A DNA stretch of 64,000 nucleotides, taken from contig CM060731.1 of NCBI GenBank assembly GCA_030704615.1, positions 14,012,001 to 14,076,000 of the forward strand. Direction: 5' to 3'. Below the pieces are notes generated by a model. The model made no database searches. It saw only the letters and a list, made by a program, of their open reading frames with translations, and was not told where the DNA came from. Below are positions 14,233 to 28,055 of this stretch, piece after piece. The DNA comes from Takakia lepidozioides (taxonomy: Eukaryota > Plantae > Bryophyta). The translations under genes and the position numbers were made by a program. How positions within the stretch are numbered: position 1 is the stretch's first letter; each line of letters begins with the position of its first letter.

Positions 14233-17200
14233 CGTTGGAAGTAATTAAACATATCTAGAAGACTAAGAGTCTTGAAGGCCAAAAGTTTAGAAGTCTAAGA
14301 GACTATCTTGTTTAACTCACCTTTGGAAGGTGAATGGCTAGAAGGTGGATGGTCACCATAGTGGAAGTGGAAGTGACCAAGTAGGACTTTCTAGAGACCT
14401 TTTTGTACAAGCTTGGGGGTGAAGCCACTAGTTTAAGTGTAAGAGTATGATGGTGGCTTCTATGGTTGGGAGGAGAGCTTTAGTTTTAGCTTTAGTCTAA
14501 GACTTTAGTTCTTGTTCATGTTCTTGCTCAATTCTAACATGGTATCAGAGCCATTCTTCTCTAGGTGACAGTTGGTAGTTGAGATTGAGAGAACTTGATT
14601 ATGGCTGGAGCGTCGTCTTCTAGCAATCCTCTTTCTATGTCTATGACGAGTGCATTAAATGTGAGAGTGGAAGATCGATTCAATGGAGCTAACTATCAAA
14701 CCTGGAAGTTTAGGATGGAGATGGTCCTTCTAGACAAAGATCTATGGGGAGTGGTTGATGGATCAGTCCCAAGACCTGACACTGTGTTGGCCAAGCCATA
14801 TGGGATAGGAAAGATCAGAAAGCAAGAGCTAGCATCATCACAAGCTTGAGAGACAATCAGTTGCATCTCATTATAAGTGCTAAGAATGCTAAGGATGTTT
14901 GGGACAAACTAGCAAGCATATATGAGACGAAGGATGTCACATCGCAAGTGTATGTGACCAAAAGTTCTATGGTCTGAAGATGACCGAGTCAGACTCAGTT
15001 GAACAACACTTGAATTTATTTTGTGTGTTGCGAGATCAACTAGTCTCTGTGGGAACTAATGTGACTAATGAACACGCCGTAGTGGTGTTATTGGCAACCT
15101 TACTTGAATCCTATGATGGTTTTGTGGTGTCTCTAGCAGGACAAACCAACTTAACTATTGATGTTGTCATAGGACTTCTCCTCAAGGAGGAAACAAAAGA
15201 AAAATGTCAAGGTACGTCTACAGAGGTAGACAGAGCTTTGTTCATAGGCAAGACTGGAGTAGTCTTGAATAGAAGACTTCCTTCACATATGTCTCAGAAA
15301 TCCCAGAGGTTTCAGAAACCTCAATCTAGCTCAAAGATCAAAAAGGCCAAAGTGAGGTGTTTTTATTGCAAGAAACTTGGTCACATAATCAAGGATTGTA
15401 GAAAGCGCATTGCAGATGAGCGCATCAGAGAGAGTCAAGGGAACATAGTTACTCATCAGAGGAATGCTATTCTATTTGTTGTGTCTCTCTCAGCCACTAC
15501 TAGACAAAAGCATATGTGGTATGTTGATTCAAGAGCATCTCAACATATGAGTTCAGAGAGAGAGCATTTCTTATCCTATAGATCTCTTTCACCTACACAA
15601 TATGTTCTTTTGGGAGATGATAGCAAGCATGTCATTGGTGGAGAAGGCTCAGTCTCTCTTATGCTCAATGAAGGGGAAACCATAGAGGTGGAAAATGTCC
15701 TACATGTCCCTACTTTAACAAAGAACCTGCTGTCTGTAAGGCAAATTGTTGCAAAGGGATATAAAGTGGTATTCCAAGATGAGAGTTGTACTATCACAGA
15801 TAGCTCAGGAGCTGTGGTAGCAAGAGCTATTCTTGATAATTGCTTGTATAGATTACAACATCATGTCTCTACTGCTCTTACCACATTTTCACCACAGTTG
15901 GGATCTACACTTGTCACGTTAGAAATAGAGTTGTGGCATAGAAGGTTAGGTCATGTGAGCATTAAGAAGTTGAGACAGATGCAACTCTCAAGCCATCTTG
16001 TGGAAGGACTACCATTGAAGGAGATGAGCAATATGCGTCTATGCAAAGGATGCTTGGAAGGGAAGCAACATCGAGGTCAATTTCCTAAGGATGGTGGACG
16101 AAGAGCCACAAGTATATTGGAGATTGTACATTCTTTGTGTGCGGGCCAATGCAAACCACATCACTTGGAGGAGCAAAGTACTTTGTGACATTCATTGATG
16201 ATTTGTCAAGGAGGGTTGTGGTGAATTTCCTAAGGCAGAAAAATCAAGTGCTAGAGAAATTCAAGGAGTTCAAAGTACTTGCACAAAAACAAACTGGAAA
16301 GCCTCTTAAGATTTTGAGATCTGACAATGGTGGTGAGTACATCTCAAAGGCTTTCAATCAGTTTTGTCAAGAGAATGGAATAGCTCGACAGCTTACTATT
16401 CCATATATATCTGAGCAGAATGGTGTAGCTGAGCGGATGAATAGACCACTACAAGAATCTGCAAGGAGTATGTTGAAAGAAGTGAATCTCTCAAATTATT
16501 TTTGGGCAGAAGCTGTTGGCACTGCAGCATATCTTCACAACAGAATACCTACCAAATCAGTGTTGGGAAAAACACCAGAAGAGGTATGGAGTGGTCAGAA
16601 GCCTAGTGTGGTTCATTGTAGGATTTTTGGATGTCGTGCATATGTCCATATCCCTACTCAGAAGCGAAGGAAACTTGACTCCAAATCAGGATGCATCTTC
16701 ATTGGCTACACAGAAGGTGTGAAGGGATATAAATTGTTCAATAAGACAACTAAGGCTGTCAAACACAGTAGAGACGTAGTGTTTGATGAAGGCTTCATAC
16801 CCTCTTTGGTAGTGGGAGAAGATGACATGGGAATGAGCTTAGAGCTATTACACCATTTCCAAGAGGAGTCTTATGAGGAGCCAATACAAGAGATGGCTGA
16901 AGCAAATGATGGAGGTGTTCAACTTGAAGGAGTTGATCAAGGAGTCGAAGTTGGTGAACCACTTGTTGATATGGACTCTAGAGATGAAGTTGAAGATGTC
17001 CCAATTCTAAGGAGATCTCAGCGGGAAAGGAAAGCTCCTAGTAGACTGATTACATCTATGAGTGCCATTGAAGCTATGGAAGAAGCATCACAAGTGGTTG
17101 AGCCTGCTACATATGAGGAGCGATGCGCTCTCCAGACAAACTACAATGGGAAGAAGCAATCAACTCAGAGTTGGATTCATTGATGCAAAACAAAGCATGG

Positions 17201-17973
17201 ACACTCACTAGGTTGCCTGCAAGACGAAGAGCCATTGGTTGCAAGTGGATCTTCAAATTGAAGTACAAAGCTGATGGATCTATTTACCGTTACAAAGCTC
17301 GTCTTGTAGCTAAAGGCTATGTACAAATTCAAGGAGTGGATTACAATGAAACCTTCTCACGAGTGGTGAAGATTTCTTCTATCAGAGTGTTGTTAGCTCT
17401 TGCAGCTCAATATGATCACGAAGTTCATCAAATGGATGTTAAGACCGCATTTCTGAATGGAGAATTACAAGAAGAGATCTACATGAGACAACCTGAAGGG
17501 TTTGTACAAGGAGGAAGTGATATTGTGTGTAAGCTGCAAAAGAGTTTGTATGGACTCAAACAAAGTCCTCAAGCTTGGTATGCTAGGTTCGATGCTTACC
17601 TCTTAAAGGCAAGATTTGAGCGAAATATTGCTGACACAAACATCTATGTAAAAAAAATGGGAGATCAATTTGTGGTCATAGCTCTATATGTGGATGACAC
17701 AATCATTGTCACCAACGATCATGAAAGGTTGTTGCCAGAAACCAAAGCACTGTTGAGTGCTGAGTTTGCCATGATTGACATGGGTGAGATTCGGTTCTGT
17801 CTTGGTATTCAAATCAGCAGAGATCGAGTGAACCATACAGTATTCATGCATCAACGACAATACATTGAGACAATTTTACAAAGGTTTAAGTTGGAGATGA
17901 GTAAGCCAACATCAACTCCTCTCGAAGTTGGTTTGAAACTTACGAAGGATATGGCACCTAAGACTCAGAGTCC
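14233..17973 (+). mobile_element. Second Ty1/Copia element, 3'-truncated, nested in opposite orientation
   Basis: Single LTR ~14233-14539 (CGTTGGAA...TTCTAACA), canonical tRNA-Met PBS TGGTATCAGAGCC at 14540, gag-pol ending abruptly within RT. Confidence 0.85.
14601..17973 (+). pseudogene. Copia gag-pol (gag, zinc knuckle, protease, integrase, partial RT) with frameshifts
   Basis: RFNGANYQTWKFRM, CFYCKKLGHIIKDC, WYVDSRASQHM, WHRRLGH, ILRSDNGGEY, QNGVAERMNR, YKARLVAKGY, QMDVKTAFLNG, LYVDD. Confidence 0.92.
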
Positions 17974-18180
17974 ATGAATCAAGTATTTACAACTAAGTCA
18001 GATGCAGTGGATGTGTACTTTGGATTATACATTACTATGATCCGGGAGCCTCGCATCATGTACATCGATCAATCCAAGTACATCAAGAAAATCCTTGTCA
18101 AGTATGGATTTGAAAACGTAAATCCATTATCTACACCTGTTGATCCACACACTCAGCTGAGCATGTCTAGAGGAGATTGA
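17974..18180 (+). pseudogene. Fragment of a different Copia reverse transcriptase
   Basis: YFGLYI...IDQSKYIKKILVKYGFENVNPLSTPVDP repeats the RT segment just passed in the adjacent element but is diverged. Confidence 0.7.
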
Positions 18181-18471
18181 TCATGTGATCAATCCGGCGT
18201 CTATCAGCACAGTAGGCGAGGCCATCATCAACAAAAATCGTAACAATGAGTTTAGGCTCCCTCGTTCTTACATATACACACGGATTTGCAGCTATTAGAA
18301 TGAGACTGTGTGTTACCAGAAAATCATCAAACGTGTTGTTCCAAACACGAGAAGCTTGACGAAGTCCATAAAGGCTTTTCTGAAGTCTACAAACTTAATG
18401 CGCATTTTGTGTATCCTCAAACCCTTGCGGCTGTAGCATACAGATCTCCTCTGCCAAATCGCGGAGCTGAT

Positions 18472-18560
18472 CTTGTTTCTTGGGAGCAACTATGTCAGCC
18501 CAAAAAGAAAGGAGGCCTGGGTATTTTGGATCATGCAACGCAAATCAAGGCACTTTTGCT
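18472..18560 (+). pseudogene. LINE (L1-type) ORF2 fragment
   Basis: LVSWEQLCQPKKKGGLGILD...KALL, the typical post-RT motif of plant L1 elements. Confidence 0.7.
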
Positions 18561-18584
18561 CGCCTCACAGTGGGATTGAAATAT

Positions 18585-18875
18585 TAACTGAAATACTAAC
18601 ATGCGTGTTGAAGAACTAGCTGAAATAATAAAATACTTGCTGAAAATCTTGTTGAATACTGAAATACTCGCTAAAAATCTGGCTGAAAATCCAGCCGAAT
18701 TACTGAAATACTCGCTCAAGATCTCGCTCAAGAGCTTGCTGAAAATCTAGCTAAATTACTGAAATACTCGCCCAAAATCTCACTGAAAATCTAGTTGAAT
18801 TACTGAAATACTCAGCTGAAAATCTGACTGAATTATAACTTGCTGAAAATCTTGATTGAGGTATTGAAATACTAA
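18585..18875. repeat. Degenerate tandem repeat of CTGAAAATCT / CTGAAATACTCG units
   Basis: More than ten copies of gctgaaaatct or actgaaatactcg. Confidence 0.75.
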
Positions 18876-19689
18876 AATTTTGATGCACTGAATTAATGTA
18901 GGCATTTGAATCTGCTGAAACGCTTCCTTGGTTTAAAGTGTGGCCAAGCCTCCTCAGATCAAAGGTACCGCCTTCTTTGAAGGGTGAGCTTTCATTAACT
19001 GGAATGTGATGGTAAATGAGACAAAGTCCACAAAAAATCCATTTAAATGTTACGAATCAACGTTGATGCTGAGAAATTCCAGCCCAAAGAGTGATTTGGC
19101 ACAAGATGTGTTTTGGTCTAGACCTTTGTGAGCTAGGGTGAGATGCTTCCGAGCAGAGCCTTTTTTTCTGCATTGTAGTCTCATCTGCTGCCGAAAATTT
19201 ACAAAAAAAACTTCCACCCACTGGTCCACATCATCATCATCGTTCGTTGTGACTTCAATCTTCTGATTCTGTGAGTCAATTTCCTTGGTTTCAGCCCACA
19301 ACAATGCCAGGCACAAAAGTCGAACAGACGAGTCTGTAGAAATGAAAGTTTCTATGGAATCATAAACAAGGCACCGAAAGAAGACCACAAAGGCCGAGAT
19401 GAGCTGATCATTATTACCTGCAAAGCCTTGACAGTCAAGCGATTGTTCATTTGAACGATGATTTGCGTTTGCGTATAAAGAGGATGAGTGGTATCCAATG
19501 AAACCTCCAGACATCACCAGTTGACACACAAGACCAAAGTTTGCTTGGTGTACTCTCTCGATTTTGGAAGAGCTCCCATGCCGGAGAGAAGCAGCGGCAA
19601 AACTCCCGCCTTGAGTTGCGAACCCCTAAACTTGGTGATTCCCTTCTTTGTTCCCCGATTTTCGAAAAATAGTAAAACATTTTATGTAC

Positions 19690-19830
19690 ATGTGGCCTAG
19701 GTTTTACGGCCTGAGGTCATGTGGCCTAGGGATCTAGGGCCTGAGATCATGTGGCCTCGGATGGGGATCCTAGGGCTTGAGGTCCCACGACCTGAGGTTG
19801 AGGTCATGTGGCTTGAGGTCTACGGCCTGA
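19690..19830. repeat. Short tandem repeat (GGCCTGAGGTCATGT-like)
   Basis: Repeated ggcctgaggtc / catgtggcct units. Confidence 0.7.
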
Positions 19831-19981
19831 AGTTTTTTTTATGGCTGCCCAACCCAAATTGTTTTTCAAATAAGATATATGTACTTTCAAAAATTTAAAT
19901 AATAAAGTTCTCAAGGATTACCTCCCCTTTCTGCAAAAATAAAAAATAAAACTAAAAATAAAAAAACATAATATATATGTA

Positions 19982-22900
19982 TATGACGCCTCCCAAAGAA
20001 AGCGTAAATTGTGGTGTCTTTTGACCCTGACAGGTTACTGCCTTCCAGCAAGAACGTGGACACCTTTGTGACACCAATCGGTGGATTGAATCCACAACCA
20101 CTTCCAAGGTGGTATTGTGCCCATTACCTAGTTGGGCTACAACTTGGTTGTCACACATTAAGTATATGTCTTGAGATTGAGCCTCAAGCCAAGGACATTG
20201 TATCTCAAGCCATATTGTATCTCAAGCCTACAGAATCTCTACCTATGTTTCTGGAATATTCCACGAAGTCCCAAGCTCAGCAGGCCCTAATCATGAGGAA
20301 TTCCATAGCGTGCTTGCACCATTCCTTACATAGAGTTCACATAGTGCCACAACCAATATCCACAACAAGCCTAAAATGCGGTGGGCCCTCTTGCGTTGTC
20401 TCTTGCTTTGGCAAAACATAAGAGGAAGGTGAGAATAAGGGGCATGACTCAACACAATCGGACCAATCGGAGCCTGGACACAGTGTAAGGTCCTTTGACC
20501 ATATTTTTTCCATTGACTTCAACATGTTGCAAAGTCTCTCTCCGCAAGAGAGCCAATAGAATATTTTTTTCAGGAACATTAGAATATTTGGCTTGGTCCA
20601 AAAAAACAAAAAAAAACAAAAAAACAAATTGCAGATGCGAATGTATTATAATTGACATAATAAGATTCGATGTCAAAACTGTCGTTGGCTTTGGACGTAT
20701 GTGCGGCGGGGATCTAGATCTCTCTCTATCTCTGTCTCACAGGCCACACAGCAGCCTCACCAGCTCTCCATGTGCTCTATCCTTAAACTGCCCACCATCT
20801 CTTGGCTTTGTCTTTGATCTCTACCTCACAGACATCTCCTTCTCCTTCTTTATCTTAAGAGCTTTTTTCCCGTCGCAGTCAAGAAGTGCGTGGAAGCATG
20901 TCGCCGACTGCAGGCCAAGTCATAATCTGCAAAGGTATGAGCTCCTGCAACCAATTTGCCCCAAATTGTCGTGTTCTTCCAGTTAGTGATTATTGTAGCA
21001 GTAATTTTCCATCGATGCAGTGAAATATACTGTAAAGTCAGCGGTGTAGTGCATGACTCTCGCAATGTATGCTCTCGATTACTTTATGGCTCTGCAAATA
21101 ATTCTGTCAAGTTGTTCTCGAGACTATTGTCAGAATCTCAGAAAGAGGGAATCCTGTGAGACTATACGAAGTTTCCATCGATGCAGTGAAATGTACTACA
21201 ATCAAAGCTGTTCTCGAGATAGTTGCCAGGATCTCAAAAAGGGAGAATCTTGTGAGACTATACTACTAGACCTCTTGCTCCTGAATAATTCTCCCTTGCA
21301 AACCATAGGTATGTAGTGGCGGCCATAGACGTGCCCATAGCGATGAAGTGAAGATTAAATATGTAGAGCATGCATGCTATGTAAGTGAGAACTCCAGTAA
21401 TTGGTTAAAGGCTCCGGCAAAGCATCCATTAAGAACCTTCCGTCAGTCTACTTGTCTTACGTTCCTCTTGTCTTATTCCCAGCCTGGTCAAACACCGCCA
21501 TTTACTTTATGTACAGATCCTTCAAGTCACAATGATTCTTGACTCAACAGGAACTATAAACCAATTCTAGAATTTGCACATGGTACCGGGACACACCCAG
21601 TCCTCCCAACCGCCACACCATGCATCATTTCTGTATCGTCTCTCTTCCCTACTCGTAGACACTGTTCACCATGGCCGTAGATCTTCCCACTCTATACAGC
21701 CAACATCTACGAGCTCTCTCTTCTAAGAAGAAAAGAAAAACCAGGAGAGGAGAGTCCCTAATCTCCTCCCTGTACACATCTCAGCCATCGTCATTTGAGC
21801 TTTTAGTCTTGATCAACGGAAGCTTGCCACCACATCGCCACCACCTGCTGTTCCACGTGACTTCCCCATCACCTCCCCCAGACAGCCGTCGACGATTGCT
21901 GAACCATTCAACATCCTGCCAAGCTTGTCGCAGGTTCGAGTTCACAGGGACGTTATATTACCTCCCCTCCTATAAGGGAGTATTGTCCTCAATACTGAAC
22001 TGGGGAAAATTCTTGCGAAGATCATCTTCTCTCTCCCATGTAGATTCTTCTACAGGGTAATTCTTCCACTTGATCAAGAACTCGTTCCAAGAACGAGATC
22101 TTAAGGTTTTCACCTCTACCTTAAGAATCTCTTCTGGTTCTGCCACAATTTCTCCTTCAGTTGTGACCTTCGGCAAGTCTGGGAGAACATGGTTGGGATT
22201 TGAAACATATTTCCTTAAGAGGCTCACATGAAATACGTCATGTATCTTCCACCTAACAGGCAGTTCCAGCTGGTAGGCGTCTTTGCCAATCTTTTTGATA
22301 ATCTTGAAAGGTCCACAGTACCTTGGGGAAAGCTTATAACACTTTCCTAGGCTCAACTGGCTCTTCTTAGGGATCACTTTAAAAAATACCTGATCTCCAA
22401 TCTCAAATTCCCTAAAAGACCTTTTCTGATCAGCATAGGTCTTTGCCCTTTCTTGAGCTCTCTTCATGCTATCTTTCATTAAGTCCATCTCATGTTGCAT
22501 CCTTGCTATCATCTGATTGACACTTTCGACTTTAGTATTTGAAACATGCCAAGATGCTGGTGTCAAGCAATCTTGTCCGTAAACAGCTTCAAATGGGCTT
22601 ACCCCAATAGCTGTATGCATGTTCTTATTATAGGCAAACTCACAAAAATGCAAATATTGTTCCCAAGAGCTTTGCCTTTGCCCCACATACATTCGGAGCA
22701 TGTCTTCTAAGGTTCTATTTGTCCTCTCTGTCTGAGCATCAGATTCTGGGTGGTAAGCACTGCTAAAACATAATCTGGTATTCAAAGCTTTGAACAGAGC
22801 AGTCCAAAATCCACTCGTAAACTTTGAATCCCTGTCAGACACAATTTCTCTTGGCAATCCATGCAGTCTGTATATCTCTTTTACAAAGAGATTAGCTGTG

Positions 22901-25003
22901 TCTATAGCAGTTGCACTCATCTTTGTGGGTATGAAATGCGCTTGTTTTGACAAGCGATCAACTACCACAAAGATGGCATCATGTCCATTTCTTGTCTTAG
23001 GCAATGAGACAATGAAATCCATACTTATAGACTCCCACTTTGCCCTGGGCACATTCAGAGGTTGCAATGTCCAGGAGTCTTGATCTGTTCGTCTTGGTTA
23101 CCTGACAAGGGTAACACCGTTTCAACATATTTCTCGTATGTTCTTCTTCATCCCAGGCCAGAAAAATTGTTTCCTAATTGCAAGATATGTTTTCTTCTGA
23201 AAGCCAGGATGGCCTGCAATGGGTATGTTATGACAGTCGTACATAATCTTTTTAGTCTATAGTCTGCAACCTGAGGGATGCATAGACGCCCATCACAGTA
23301 CAATAACCCATCCTTCAACAGATAAGCAAGATACTTGCCAATTTCATCAGGAGTCTTAACCCCACGAGACAGGCTTTCAAACGGGCCAGCAAAATATGCG
23401 TCTTTAGCATACTGACCTCTTATCTCTTCTATCACAGTGCTTCTTATCACTGAAATAGCAGTTGCCCACTTTCTTCTGGACAATGCATCTGCCACCACGT
23501 TCTCTTCCCTTTCACATAATGCAATTCAAAGAAGAACTGCTGGAGGAATTCTACCAACGACATTGTTTTGCGACTGAGGTTGGGTTGTGTAGCTAGATAC
23601 TTCAGGCTTTCATGGTCTGTCTCAATCTTAAATTCCCTTCCCAGCAGATAATGCCGCCAAACCTTCAAGGCATGTATGATGGCTAGCAATTCTTTTTCAT
23701 GCACTGGGTAGTTCAGCTCTGCTGGGCTTAGTTTTCTATACTCATAAGCTATTACCTGTCCGTTTTGCATTAACACAGCTCCTATGGCCAGGTCACTCGC
23801 ATCTGTGCAAAGTACTAGACCACCTGTCTTGTAATCCATTAATTTCAAGACAGGAGCATGTGTTAACATATCTTTAAGCTTTTCAAAGCTCTCATTACAA
23901 TCCTCGGTCCAGGTAATCGCTCCTAAGCCTTTCAGCAGGCTAGTGAGAGGGGCTGCAATATTGGAGAATGCCTTTATAAACCTTCTATAAAAGCTTGCAA
24001 GTCCTAAGAATGCTCTCACATCTGTTCTATCCTTCGGGACTGGCCATTCTTCCACAGTCTTTACCTTCTTGGGATCAACTAAAATGCCATCTTTTGACAC
24101 TATAAATCCCAAGTATTCCATCTGGGAAACAAAAAACACACACTTGCTCTTCTTAGCATAGAGTTTATTCTCTCTCAAAATCTCAAGGACACTTTTCAAG
24201 TGTTCTATGTGTTCTTCTTCAGACTTGGAATAGATTAAAATGTCATCCATGAAGACTAACACAAATTTCCCCAGATATTTTCTGAATAAGGTATTCATTA
24301 AGCACATGAAAGTGGCTGGTGCATTTGTGAGTCCAAAAGACATCACTGTATATTCATAGTGGCCAAATCTAGTTCTAAAGGCCGTCTTAAACGTGTCCGA
24401 GTCTTTGACACGGATCTGATGGTATCCACTTCATAGGTCTATCTTTGAAAATACTTGCGCACCATGTAAGTAATCAAATAAGTCATCTATCCTAGGAAGT
24501 GGAAACTTGTTCTTTACGGTTAGTTTATTCAACCATCTGTAGTCCGCACACAACCTTAAAGTCCCATCTTTCTTTTTCTTGAACAACACTGGTGCTCCCC
24601 AGGGAGACTTGCTAGGCTTGATATAACCTTTCTCTAGCAAATCAGCCAGCTGTCTCTCCAATTCTTCATTCTCCACCAAAGAATGCCTATAAGGAATCCT
24701 AGAGGCAGGAACTGCTTCAGGAACCAACTCAATGGCATGAGCTACATCCCTTCCAGGAGGTAGTCCAGGCAGATCACTGGGAAACACATCTGAAAATTCA
24801 GACAGGACCTTATCTGCTCTGTTGAGATTGTTCAACTCCACTTCAATGCCTTTGTCATCATTCTTTTGAATGCTTACGAAGAACAACTGACCGACTGTCT
24901 TCCGTATGCATCGCTTCATTTGAAGGGCTGACAACAAAGGAACATTGGGTAGGGCTCTCGTACCTGTAAGCTTGAATCGCTTACCACCAGGCAACACCCC
25001 CTC
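19982..25003 (-). mobile_element. Ty3/Gypsy chromovirus, 5'-truncated (pol plus 3' LTR)
   Basis: pol 25003-21970, PPT (minus GGAGGGGAGG, 21970-21961), putative 3' LTR 21957-19982 (minus TATAACGTCCC...GGGAGGCGTCATA). The far LTR boundary is inferred because no second LTR is present. Confidence 0.8.
21970..25003 (-). pseudogene. Gypsy pol: RT, RNase H, integrase, chromodomain; frameshifts and stops
   Basis: [104 protein letters not shown] (chromodomain). Confidence 0.93.
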
Positions 25004-25759
25004 CACTGAACAATTTCGGCATGCCACTTGAGCGTTGATGGAGCTGCCAGCTAGGCCAGCCATTGAGTGCGCCATGGTGACACCTTGGAGTTGTCATGTT
25101 AGACAACCAGGATGACATTTTCTGTTTGAGTGGACCGGCAGGCAAGCGGTACCGGCCACTGCGGGTCTTGTTGGACTCAGGAGCTCAGCCACTGATGCTG
25201 GGCAGAGCTGCTATTGCAGGCTTGGGCCTCACAAAGGTGGATACAACCTCACCACAGGAGAAATAATGATGGTCTGGCTGGTCATCACCCCAGCCTCACC
25301 ATCGACAGCATGCTCTAGGACTGGCCGGTGATCAAATCCGGACCAATCACCTATAAAAACAAGCGCCCACACAAAACTAGCATGGCGCACAGTCAAGCAT
25401 GCAGGTATAGAGGGGATCCAAACACAAGAAATCAGAACGACAACTCCCCCACACCAAAAACAACTCCACGGTGTTGCTCCTGCAATGACACCCCAGCCCA
25501 AACCCAGACTGACTCTTGCCTCCACCTACGGAAAGGTCTTGGTCTAATGAGAGGGTGGAAACTACGAGGAAGAGAAGCTAAAGCAATGCCTAACCTCAAC
25601 ATGCCCTCATCCCAACACTCTTCATCTCCTCTCTTCCCGCACTTGCATGACCATGGGAATATCATGAAGATATTCCTCAAACCGCCCTCCACGAGCTTCA
25701 AAATTCGGCCTTCAAGACCACATGCCAGTCCTTAGGCAGTCCACCAGTGTCTCCACGAG

Positions 25760-26390
25760 TCAACACAGGCCGTCCACAGGTCAACACGGGCCACCACAGA
25801 CCAGCACAGGCCCACACAGCTCACTGGTCACAGCCGTCACAGCTCACAACAACCCTACACAGGTCACAGGGTCACAGCCCCACGGCCGCAGCCTTCACAG
25901 CCCAAAGGCTACATGTCACAGCCTGTCACAGCCCTACATACATCACAGGGGTCACAGCCCCAAAGGCCACATCCCCTCAGCCCGTCACAGCCCCACAGGC
26001 CACAGGCACAGCCTGTTAGCCCCTCACATCCCGTCACAGCCCCACAGGCACCTGCAACAACCTGTCACAGCCCTCACAATGGCTATGGCTCAAGCCCTAC
26101 ACAGTCACAGGGTCACAACCCCAAAGCCACAACCCCTCACAGCCCTCACGCCCACCCACAGGGCACCTGTCACAGCCCTCACAGCCGCCCATCAGCCCCA
26201 CAGGCTACAAGGCACACCCACCACAGCCTGTCACAGCCATCACAGTCTGTCACAGCCCCACAGCCCCACAGCCCCAGGGCACAGCCTGTCACAGCCCGTC
26301 CACCCGTCACAGCCCCACAGCCACTGGGCACAGCCTGTCACAGCCCCTCACAGCCCGTCACAGCCCCACAGGCCCCTCATGACAGTTTAG
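25760..26390. repeat. Low-complexity minisatellite of (CTG)TCACAGCCC units
   Basis: Dozens of cacagccc / gtcacagcc units; the ORFs here are repeat artefacts. Confidence 0.85.
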
Positions 26391-26809
26391 CCATTTCTCC
26401 AAGGGGTTTAGCCTCGCCCAGCTAGGTTTGTGTCTCTTGGGCTCTAGGCTTCTTTGCACCGAGCTTATGGCGGCTGTGAAGAAATCAGCAAGGTATTCTT
26501 GTTCTTTCGGCTCCCACACACCACCAATAGTAGCCATAAGCCATGAGGAAGATGGTTGCCACAAACCAAGCCTTCTTTCTCACTTAGACTCCCCAAACAC
26601 ACCACTAAACTCAATGGCAAACAACCAAGCCTTGCTGGTTTCCAGCCCTTGTGAGCACTCATTCAAGCGTTTCCCTTGGCCATAGCATCTGTCTTAGAGC
26701 CTATTCCAGCCCCCTACATCTGCCACTTCAAGAGCCATGCTCTATCTAGGCTTGAGGTTGAAACCCTAACTCAGAACACGCTCTACAAGTGTCGGACTGT
26801 CACATAAGA

Positions 26810-27200
26810 GCAGATCAGCCCCTTACCTTCTCTTCTAGTTCTCTAAAGCTTGAAAACAAAAGCCCAATGGACTGAAGGCATGCTCCACATGCTCCACTCT
26901 CACCACCACCAAGAATCAGCCTCTTTGCTTTCTTTCTTGCACCCCCAACCTGAAAATACACGCTTCAGCGGGCTGGAAGCATGCTCCACACATGCCCTAT
27001 AGGGAAACTAGCCCCTTCCTTCTTTTCTTGCACTCCCAAACCTGAAAGTACAAGCCTTCAACAGGCTGAAAGCATGCTCCACACATGCATTGCTCTCACA
27101 TAAGGGAAGTCAGCCCTTCCCTCTTCCTTGCTTGCCCAAGCTTGAAGATGGAAGCTTCAATGAGCTGAATACATGCTCTACACATGCAACCTCTTCACAC
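26810..27200. repeat. ~100-bp degenerate tandem repeat (GCATGCTCCACACATG core)
   Basis: gcatgctccacacatg-like core recurs near 26878, 26978, 27072 and 27170 with related flanks. Confidence 0.6.
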
Positions 27201-28055
27201 AAGAGGTATCAGCCTATCTTGGCTCCTTAGCTCCTTGATGCTCTCTAAGACAAGACTAAGCACTCCACAGCCCTTGCCAAGCTTCTGAAACCCTAAGGCT
27301 TACATTTCCAGCCACAAGACACTCCTCTTGTGGTGCAAGAGCTCTTCTTCCAAGCTCTGAAACCCTAGGTGCACATTCCATGGTCTTGCCGCGCCTCTTA
27401 GCTCCTGTTCCAGCCCTGCTCTTGCTATGACAAGAGCCATCTCAATGCTGAAGCTCGAGATTGAAACCCAATCTCAACATACTTCACAAAGTGCATTGAT
27501 TTGCCCCAAGCCAAATCAGCCCTTTCGCTTGGTTTTGCAATCCTGCAGCATGGTGCTTTTATTTCTGAAACTGAAGATCGAATGCCAAGGTCTACCACCT
27601 TGTAACCCACATCGCCTCCGCTTCTAACAACCAAGAGCTCCACTGTGCTCCTTGTATAACAACCTGGTTTCTCTCATTCTCAAGCAAAAACCACAAGTGC
27701 TACAACTAACTCGTATCTGGCACTCACAGATACGAACTCATCTTTCTCGAGTGATAAAGAAGAAGAATACAAGCACAAGTTCATGCGAGCTCACAAAGCT
27801 GAAGCATAAACTCATGCATATATAACCTCATCACTCAAATACAAGTCAAGCCAAGTGCACCCCACGCCATGGGGAATCCACACTACGGCGCCATAGCTAG
27901 GCGCGGTGAGGCTCAACTCGAGAAAATGAGCCTCCCGCGCTTGCCGTGAAGATAACCACTCCAGGGCCTAAATCTGCCTTGACCCCTGGATTGACACTTG
28001 GGCCAATCCCAAATGTCAATATGTAAAAGCTAGCTATTTCCTAGCTAGTTTCACA

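Noticed and set aside
25722-26425. His/Pro/Ser/Thr-rich ORFs
   Set aside because: They arise from a stop-poor minisatellite.
26760-27370. AAACCCTA telomere-like motifs
   Set aside because: Isolated single copies, not an interstitial telomeric array.
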